Part shown: positions 57,637 to 64,000 of the stretch, piece by piece
How the letters are laid out: each line of letters starts with the position of its first letter
Numbering within the stretch: position 1 is the first letter of the stretch
Virus record (IMG/VR): IMGVR_UViG_3300026549_000030
Span: 128,001 to 192,000 of that record
Source of the DNA: a virus
Lineage: Duplodnaviria > Caudoviricetes
DNA: 64,000 nt
Strand: one strand, 5' to 3'
Program-made: the position numbers and the translations under genes
Notes under the pieces: model-generated
Databases searched by the model: none
Told to the model about the DNA's origin: nothing
Seen by the model: the letters and a program-made list of their open reading frames with translations, nothing else

Positions 57637-58825
57637 TTTTTTAAGAAAGAATAGCCTTATCGTTTATGAATATATGCGCGGAAGCCATAGCTACCATTTG
57701 AATGTTGATACCAGCGATATCGATGTAGGTGGCGTCTTCATTTGCCCTGGTTCATTTTTACTCGGAATGAGGGAATTTTACCCAGAACAAGTTGCAGACG
57801 AGAAGAATGACACCGTTTTCTATGAGTTCGGCAGGTGGGTTGAATTACTTATCAAGTCTAACCCTTCTGCTCTTGAAAGCCTGTTCGCTCCTGACGATTG
57901 TGTGATTGGCGAGGTTCACCCTATCATTCAGAAGTTCAGGGAGCATAGGGATTTGTTCTTGACAAAGGAATGCTTCAAGCCGTTCTACTCCTACGCCGCA
58001 ACGCAGATTCAGAAGTGCAGGGGCTATAACAAGAAGTGCAATATCCCTGAGGATTTCCAAAGGAAAGACATTCTTGACTTCTGCTACACGTTCAAGAATC
58101 AAGGCTCACAACCAATCAAAGACTTCCTTGCTGAGCATTTTCTTGATCAAAAATATTGCGGACTTGTTAACATTCCCAACATGAAGGACGTTTACGGAGT
58201 TTACTATGACTTCGCCGCATATTGGAAATTTGAGAATATTTCCCCGCTTGATAGATACAAATCAGTCAAGTGGTTCGACGACGGCGTAGCAAACATGGAC
58301 GCGTACGTTAGGCGAATGAATAATAAAGAATTCTTCCACTATAACGGAATCGTTCACCCAGACGAGATTACGAAGTCGAACACCGTTCGCCTCTGTTCGA
58401 TTCCAAAGGGAGAGAAGCCAATCTGCTTCATGACGTACAACAAGGATGGATATATGTCACACTGCCGCGACTATAAGGAGTGGGCAGAGTGGAAGGAGAA
58501 GCGCAACCCCGTCCGTTACGAGTCGAACCTCGGGCACAACTACGATTCGAAGAACGTAATGCACTGCATGAGACTTGTCCGTATGGCGAAGGAAATCGCT
58601 CAGGGCAAGGGCTTCAACGTCGTTCGTGACGAGGACAGAGAGTACCTCCTTGATATTCGTAACCATAAATTCGAGTATGAGGAAGTTATTTCACAACTCG
58701 AGAAGGAGAAGGCTGAGTTCGAGAAAGCCTTTGAGACTTGCACGCTACCTGATAAGGTTGACGTCAACGCAGTTAATGAGGTTCTCAAAGAGTGCCGTTC
58801 CGAATATTACGGATGGAAATACTAA
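57617..58825 (+). CDS. RlaP/Nuc-transf-type pol-beta nucleotidyltransferase
   Basis: RGSHSYHLNVDTSDIDVGGVF, NPSALESLF, YDSKNVMHCMRL, LLDIR. Confidence 0.8.
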   Translation: MEKWTIDFLRKNSLIVYEYMRGSHSYHLNVDTSDIDVGGVFICPGSFLLGMREFYPEQVADEKNDTVFYEFGRWVELLIKSNPSALESLFAPDDCVIGEVHPIIQKFREHRDLFLTKECFKPFYSYAATQIQKCRGYNKKCNIPEDFQRKDILDFCYTFKNQGSQPIKDFLAEHFLDQKYCGLVNIPNMKDVYGVYYDFAAYWKFENISPLDRYKSVKWFDDGVANMDAYVRRMNNKEFFHYNGIVHPDEITKSNTVRLCSIPKGEKPICFMTYNKDGYMSHCRDYKEWAEWKEKRNPVRYESNLGHNYDSKNVMHCMRLVRMAKEIAQGKGFNVVRDEDREYLLDIRNHKFEYEEVISQLEKEKAEFEKAFETCTLPDKVDVNAVNEVLKECRSEYYGWKY

Positions 58826-58864
58826 TCTTGACAATAGCCAATAAAACGTTATTTTTAAGACAGT

Positions 58865-59335
58865 ATGTTTCAGACAAATTACGGAAGTCCAAATATAGGT
58901 AAGGGGTGCAGCTTCGTAGGAACACCGAATTTCGGCTCGGAGCCGTACCTCATTACTATTGGTGATAAGACAACCGTTTCGTTCGATGTGGCGTTCGTTA
59001 CGCACGACGCTGCGACCAGGGTACTCAGAAATCTTCCCGGGCACAACCCTGAGACAGTTATATATGGTACAATCAACGTAGGTAAAAACTGCTTTATAGG
59101 CTGCAGAAGTGTTATCCTACCAGGCGTAACAATCGGGGATAACACCATTGTCGGCGCAGGAAGTATAGTAAATAGGGATCTTCCGGCAAACAGTGTTTGC
59201 GCGGGGGCTCCATGTAAAGTCATCTGCTCATTGGAAGAGTACGAAAAAAAACACAAAGATGACTTCCTATATATGGTTAGTCTGCCACCTGCGGAAAAGA
59301 AGAAATACCTACTAAACCATTTTAATAGAAAATAA
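58865..59335 (+). CDS. Hexapeptide-repeat O-acyltransferase (sugar acetyltransferase-like)
   Basis: FGSEPYLITIGD, VGKNCFIG...ILPGVTIGDNTIVGAGSIV...GAPCKVI. Confidence 0.85.
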   Translation: MFQTNYGSPNIGKGCSFVGTPNFGSEPYLITIGDKTTVSFDVAFVTHDAATRVLRNLPGHNPETVIYGTINVGKNCFIGCRSVILPGVTIGDNTIVGAGSIVNRDLPANSVCAGAPCKVICSLEEYEKKHKDDFLYMVSLPPAEKKKYLLNHFNRK

Positions 59336-59359
59336 TTTTTATAGAAAGAATTTTATATT

Positions 59360-59890
59360 ATGAAAGGAAAAGTTATTGACAAATCATTGGAAAATTATGG
59401 ACAAGTCATTGATGTTGTTCTAAACAAGTACATGGGAAAATATACCGACGGAGTAAAGACGTACCCGAAGGATTCTATCTCATTCGACAATGTGGACGAG
59501 GTTGATAGCAACAAACCTGTCAATAAGGAACTCAATGAGCTTGCTTTCCGAGTGCTTCTAGCAAAGGAATCTGCAACAACAGAGAAGAGCACGGGCGAGC
59601 AAATTACACAAGACATTGATTACGCTTTCGGCGTTGCAAAAATGTTCCAAATTCACGCTGGATGGGTTCAGGAAAACGAGAGACGTGAGAGGGAACTGAA
59701 AGCAAATCCTTGTGAGGACGAGTGCTGCTGCAAGCCACTTAATGTAGAAGAAGTGCCAACAGAGGAAGTGGCGAAGAAGAAAGAGGAAGCCACCAACAAG
59801 CGCGGTAAGAAACCCGCCCCCGCCGAGCAAAAACCCGCAGAGGAAGAGGAGAAGGGACTTAACGATTATCTCGCTGAATTGGGCGAATAA
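59360..59890 (+). CDS. Hypothetical protein
   Basis: 176 aa with a charged low-complexity C-terminus. Confidence 0.7.
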   Translation: MKGKVIDKSLENYGQVIDVVLNKYMGKYTDGVKTYPKDSISFDNVDEVDSNKPVNKELNELAFRVLLAKESATTEKSTGEQITQDIDYAFGVAKMFQIHAGWVQENERRERELKANPCEDECCCKPLNVEEVPTEEVAKKKEEATNKRGKKPAPAEQKPAEEEEKGLNDYLAELGE

Positions 59891-60507
59891 TGCTTGAAGG
59901 ACACGGTTATCTATTCGGGCAGAGCCTTAGGGCTCAGCCATACAGACTAAGGGAATTACTTGACGCAGGGCTTAGAGTCCTGTGTTTTCCTTGGTATGAA
60001 GAGGGCGGAACCGAGGAAGATAGGGAAAAGAGTGGCGATATTGCCGTCGCTGAAAAAACGGATAAAAAATACGTTATCAAAATTCGAGGACGGGAAGAAG
60101 AACCGCTTGTTTGTCTTTCAAAGCATTGTTCCGAAAAGGAATTTCACGAGGCGGTTATCAAACACCATATTTTGTTTATTGATATCTACGAACATATAAA
60201 CCACAAGGATATTTTCGATAAAAACGGAAATTTTGACAAGTCTAAGAAAGGTGAAATCCTTGACTATCTTGCACAGTCTGGATTCCTTCGCTCTTATGGC
60301 AAGGAGGAAGAAGATTGCCAAATGAGCCCGTTCCAAGTATTCGTTCGCGATTATCCGACATTCGGGCAAGACGGTCGTCCGATTATTGGACAATATCTAT
60401 ATAAGAAAGGAGACGTTAATTTTGGCGTACAATTCTCGTCAATTATTGACCCATTCTCTTATAGGCAAATGAGTTGGAGAGAATTCTTCTTGTGGCTTTA
60501 CGCGTAG
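59890..60507 (+). CDS. Hypothetical protein
   Basis: 205 aa, TAATG-coupled. Confidence 0.7.
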   Translation: MLEGHGYLFGQSLRAQPYRLRELLDAGLRVLCFPWYEEGGTEEDREKSGDIAVAEKTDKKYVIKIRGREEEPLVCLSKHCSEKEFHEAVIKHHILFIDIYEHINHKDIFDKNGNFDKSKKGEILDYLAQSGFLRSYGKEEEDCQMSPFQVFVRDYPTFGQDGRPIIGQYLYKKGDVNFGVQFSSIIDPFSYRQMSWREFFLWLYA

Positions 60508-60525
60508 GATTGGACAAAATCGGAC

Positions 60526-60555
60526 AAAAAAACCCGCCTTTCGAGGCGGGTTCTT
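60526..60555. terminator. Bidirectional terminator
   Basis: A7-CCCGCCT-TTCG-AGGCGGG-TTCTTT. Confidence 0.85.
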
Positions 60556-60558
60556 TGT

Positions 60559-61899
60559 TTATTTTCCGATACCGAAATATTTCATTCCTGCGTCTTCAAT
60601 TTCCTGTTTCTTGAAGATATTTCTTCCGTCAACAACTACACTGCAGGACGGAAAGCGTAGTTTGAATGTTTGCCAATCAATGTTCCTGAACTCATTCCAT
60701 TCAGTAAGGAGAATTAGCGCGTCAAAATCCTCAACGTCAAATTTCTTATTAATCAAATTGAAGTGCTCTCTTGCGCTTGGGTACGTTACTTCCGTATTAA
60801 TAAACTTGCTGAAATTATCACCGGCAACAGGATCATATCCGTAAACCGTAGCCTGCTCATAGAGAAGACTTGACACCACAACCTGAGATGGGGCTTCCCT
60901 GATATCGTCAGTCTCGGGTTTGAAAGCAAGTCCCCATACGAGAACCTTCTTACCCGCAAGGGCACCAATATAATTACGGAGCTTAACGAGCGGAATAGAC
61001 TTCTGATATTGATTAGCCTCTTCAACGGCAATAAGCACGCGTAGGTCAATGTCATTCTCCTTTCCCGTATTAATGAGAGCCTTAACATCCTTAGGGAAGC
61101 AACTACCGCCGTATCCGCAGCCCGCATAAAGGAACTTGGAGCCAATTCTTGTATCAGTTCCTATGCCCTTCCTTACTGAATCTACGTCTGCGCCAACCTT
61201 TTCACAGAGGTTTGCAATCTCATTCATAAAGCTGATTCTCGTGGCAAGCATTGAATTACTTGCATACTTCGTCATTTCAGCACTCGGAATTGACATTGAT
61301 AGAATCTTTGAAGGATTGTTGATTGCAAACGGTGCATAGATATCTTCAAGAATTACCCTTGCACGTTCTGTCTTTGTTCCAATGACAATTCTGTCAGGAT
61401 TCATAAAGTCCGAAACAGCCTTTCCTTCCTTAAGAAATTCAGGATTGGAGGCTACGTCGAACTGAACGTCAACATTTCTTTCAGCAAGTTCTTTGCAAAT
61501 TGCGTCATGAACCTTTTCAGCCGTCCCTACCGGAACGGTGCTCTTGGTAATGAAGACAGTATATTTGTCGATAAGTTTTCCAAATTCGGAAGCTGCCTGA
61601 AGAATATACGTCAAATCGGCGCCACCATCGCCCCTCGGTGGAGTACCTACCGCGCAGAACACAACGTCGCAGTATTTGATAACCTCAGAGAGACTTGTGT
61701 GGAAAGTGAGGCTTCCATTCGCAGTGTTCTTCTTAACGAGTTCCTCAAGACCCGGCTCATAAATCGGAATTCCGCCGTTCTTCAATATCTTTATCTTTTC
61801 TTCATTAACATCTACGCAGTGTACGCGGTGCCCCATTTCAGCAAGGCATGTTCCCGTTACAAGTCCTACGTATCCAGTACCGATAATTGCTATCTTCAT
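60559..61899 (-). CDS. ugd: UDP-glucose 6-dehydrogenase
   Basis: IGTGYVGL, KSTVPVGT, SNPEFLKEG, GYGGSCFPKD, GLAFKPETDDIRE, DGRN. Confidence 0.95.
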   Translation of the reverse strand: MKIAIIGTGYVGLVTGTCLAEMGHRVHCVDVNEEKIKILKNGGIPIYEPGLEELVKKNTANGSLTFHTSLSEVIKYCDVVFCAVGTPPRGDGGADLTYILQAASEFGKLIDKYTVFITKSTVPVGTAEKVHDAICKELAERNVDVQFDVASNPEFLKEGKAVSDFMNPDRIVIGTKTERARVILEDIYAPFAINNPSKILSMSIPSAEMTKYASNSMLATRISFMNEIANLCEKVGADVDSVRKGIGTDTRIGSKFLYAGCGYGGSCFPKDVKALINTGKENDIDLRVLIAVEEANQYQKSIPLVKLRNYIGALAGKKVLVWGLAFKPETDDIREAPSQVVVSSLLYEQATVYGYDPVAGDNFSKFINTEVTYPSAREHFNLINKKFDVEDFDALILLTEWNEFRNIDWQTFKLRFPSCSVVVDGRNIFKKQEIEDAGMKYFGIGK

Positions 61900-61971
61900 A
61901 TTCTTTTTTATTTAAAAAATATGCTTACACGTGGATTAATCAATATTTTGTTTGTATATTTGGATTGTATT

Positions 61972-63423
61972 ATGGAGAAAAATAAAGAGAAAAAATTAGG
62001 GCAGATTAATACCCCAGACAGAATCGTATCTAAAATGTTGGATTTTGGTGCATACAACAAGCCTATCAACATATTAGAAAAGCACATCATGGACAATAGC
62101 TGCGGGAATGGGCAATTTCTGTCGGAAATAGTTCGCAGGTATATAAAGACTGCACTCGAATACGGGAAAACGGAAAACGATATCACAGGTGAGCTTTCCA
62201 AATATATACACGGAATAGAAATAGATGAGCCAACTTGTAATGAATGCAAGGAGCGGCTTTCTTCTATTGCCGAGCAATTTGGAATAGTTGGTGTAAATTG
62301 GGATATTATTTGTGCAAACACCCTGCTTGTTCATGAGTATGACGGGAAAATGGATTACGTATTCGGAAACCCGCCATACGTTCGCGTGCATAACGTTAAG
62401 GGCAGTGACAACTATGATATTTTAAAAGGATACACCTTCGCAGAAAAAGGCTCATCTGATTTATATCTGGCATTTTATGAATGTGGGCTGAAATCGCTTA
62501 ACGAAAACGGAACCCTGTGCTATATAACGCCGAGTTCTTGGCTATCTTCCGCATCAGGAAAGAAAATGAGGGACTACATACTTGAAAATAGAAACCTTTA
62601 CGCGGTAGTTGATTTTGAGCATACACAAGTGTTTGATAATGCGCAAACATATTCGATCATAACATTGTTCTATAATGGAAAGAAAGAGGACGAGGTTGCG
62701 TACAATCTATACGAAAATCATGACTTCAATACCGTATCGTCTGTAACATATGACGAAATCATACATGACGGGGCTTTCAGATTTGTCCCGAAGGAATATT
62801 CCAAAACCTTCAATAACATTGATAGCTGCAAGATACGAAAAATTCGTGTTAAAAACGGGCTCGCTACACTTAATGACAAGGTATTCATCGATGAGATTCC
62901 GAAAGATTTTCCGGCAATTTATTATATACCCGTCATTAAGGCTTCCACAGGAAAGTGGGGTAAGTGCCTTTTTCCTTATGAAATCTGTTATGATAGGAAT
63001 ATTGAATCAATACCGCTTGAAGATATTGAAAGTCGCTACCCTTACTTATACAAGTATATAATGCTTCATGAAGAAGAACTCAAGGCGAGAACCTACGATA
63101 AGGGAAGCAATTGGTGGGAAATAGGACGCAGACAAGGGCTATCCGACACATTCAAGGATAAGATTGCGATAAATAATTTAACCAAGGGCCCGGGCGATAT
63201 TAAAATTACTGCAGTTCCCGCAGGCTCGCACGTTTACAGCGGATTCTATATTCTCACTGACACGCCATTCAATGACATTAAGGAAGCCCTCCACTCGAAG
63301 CAATTCTTCAATTATGTTAAGGCGCTTAAAAAATATAAGAGTGGAGAATATTACACATTCTCTTCTAAGGACGTTGAAAAATTTTTAAATTATTGGATAT
63401 ATGGCAACAAGCAAAATTTATAA
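61972..63423 (+). CDS. Gamma-class N6-adenine DNA methyltransferase (TaqI/Eco57I-like)
   Basis: LGQINTP, DNSCGNGQFL, GIEID, GNPPY, DLYLAF; start ATG 61972 after TATATTTG at 61955. Confidence 0.88.
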   Translation: MEKNKEKKLGQINTPDRIVSKMLDFGAYNKPINILEKHIMDNSCGNGQFLSEIVRRYIKTALEYGKTENDITGELSKYIHGIEIDEPTCNECKERLSSIAEQFGIVGVNWDIICANTLLVHEYDGKMDYVFGNPPYVRVHNVKGSDNYDILKGYTFAEKGSSDLYLAFYECGLKSLNENGTLCYITPSSWLSSASGKKMRDYILENRNLYAVVDFEHTQVFDNAQTYSIITLFYNGKKEDEVAYNLYENHDFNTVSSVTYDEIIHDGAFRFVPKEYSKTFNNIDSCKIRKIRVKNGLATLNDKVFIDEIPKDFPAIYYIPVIKASTGKWGKCLFPYEICYDRNIESIPLEDIESRYPYLYKYIMLHEEELKARTYDKGSNWWEIGRRQGLSDTFKDKIAINNLTKGPGDIKITAVPAGSHVYSGFYILTDTPFNDIKEALHSKQFFNYVKALKKYKSGEYYTFSSKDVEKFLNYWIYGNKQNL

Positions 63424-63910
63424 GCTATTTAAAGAAGTCAAAGACTGCGAAGGCAAAATTGCCGCGTTAATGAACAAGAAAACAGACGCAAAGAAAGAAC
63501 TCGAGGAACTCCTCAAGAAAAACTTCTACAGACTCCGCGACTTTATAGCAAAGGCTCTCTACGAAGAGCTTGGGGACGAGCAGAAGCGAAAAATCGACTT
63601 GAAAAAACTCGAAGCTCAGAAGAAAGAAGAACAAAGAAAATTATTGAAAGAGCTTGGCGTAAAAGATAATGAAGATTGGCTAAGCGATTCAACGGTATAT
63701 TCATGGAATTCATTGAATTCAGATTTTGATCCATTCGTTGACCAATTTGAAATTTATGATTGCAAACTTTCAGAAGATAAGAAAAGTATGAAGATACGTG
63801 TCGAGTGTTTAAAGAATCGACAATACCTAGGTATTTCAGGCTGCTGGATTCCGTCAACGTATGAAACAGGGTGGATTTCGATAAAAGAAATTGCAGAATA
63901 CGAAAAATAA
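63401..63910 (+). CDS. Hypothetical protein (coiled-coil N-terminus)
   Basis: 169-aa ORF overlapping the MTase stop. Confidence 0.7.
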   Translation: MATSKIYKLFKEVKDCEGKIAALMNKKTDAKKELEELLKKNFYRLRDFIAKALYEELGDEQKRKIDLKKLEAQKKEEQRKLLKELGVKDNEDWLSDSTVYSWNSLNSDFDPFVDQFEIYDCKLSEDKKSMKIRVECLKNRQYLGISGCWIPSTYETGWISIKEIAEYEK

Positions 63911-64000
63911 AAAAAGAGCGAATCTGCACGATTCGCCCATATGTTCCGTAAGTCTATCGGCAATGTGACTATAAAGCCGTTAAGATGGTGGTTTAGACAG

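Noticed and set aside
61507-61971. 155-aa N-terminal extension of the N6-MTase in the ORF track
   Set aside because: It is antisense to ugd; the promoter element at 61955 and the MTase motifs point to ATG 61972.
1-64000. Alternative genetic code (TAG to Gln as in Lak phages)
   Set aside because: Core genes (portal, terminase, MCP, protease) are full-length in code 11, and TAG ends several genes at plausible positions (3490, 12013, 12028, 12582, 60507).
1-64000. CRISPR array, tRNA or rRNA genes
   Set aside because: No regularly spaced direct repeats or cloverleaf-like intergenic sequences seen; intergenic gaps are short and mostly explained by promoters and terminators. tRNAscan/Infernal were not run.

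Overview
A 64 kb, gene-dense segment of a jumbo T4-like (myovirus-type) phage read in the standard genetic code. The host is most likely Bacteroidota: four perfect TTTG-N20-TAnnTTTG promoters are present and Shine-Dalgarno sites are not evident. The window holds the head module (portal, neck, large terminase, major capsid protein, scaffold, prohead protease), baseplate-like genes, a gp55-like sigma factor and three free-standing homing endonucleases. Auxiliary genes include IF-1, ClpX, a ClpC-like ATPase, a UvrD-like helicase, rmlB/rmlC/ugd, several glycosyltransferases, a CCA-adding enzyme, an RlaP-like nucleotidyltransferase and two DNA methyltransferases. The most striking pattern links about ten unrelated late genes. 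They share a short K-[IV]-x-[ILV]-T-E-x-Q helical tag followed by [ILV]-x-E sites of the type cut by T4 gp21, and they sit behind a TATTTATA promoter that is the reverse complement of the T4 late promoter. Tagged or [ILV]-x-E-leader genes encode Nudix, 3D lytic-transglycosylase-like, tandem ADP-ribosyltransferase-like and ArdC-like proteins, plus a multidomain protein whose domains are each separated by an [ILV]-x-E site. I infer a capsid-addressing and protease-matured cargo/polyprotein system that delivers host-takeover or anti-defence enzymes with the virion. All family assignments come from motif recognition by eye; no searches were run.
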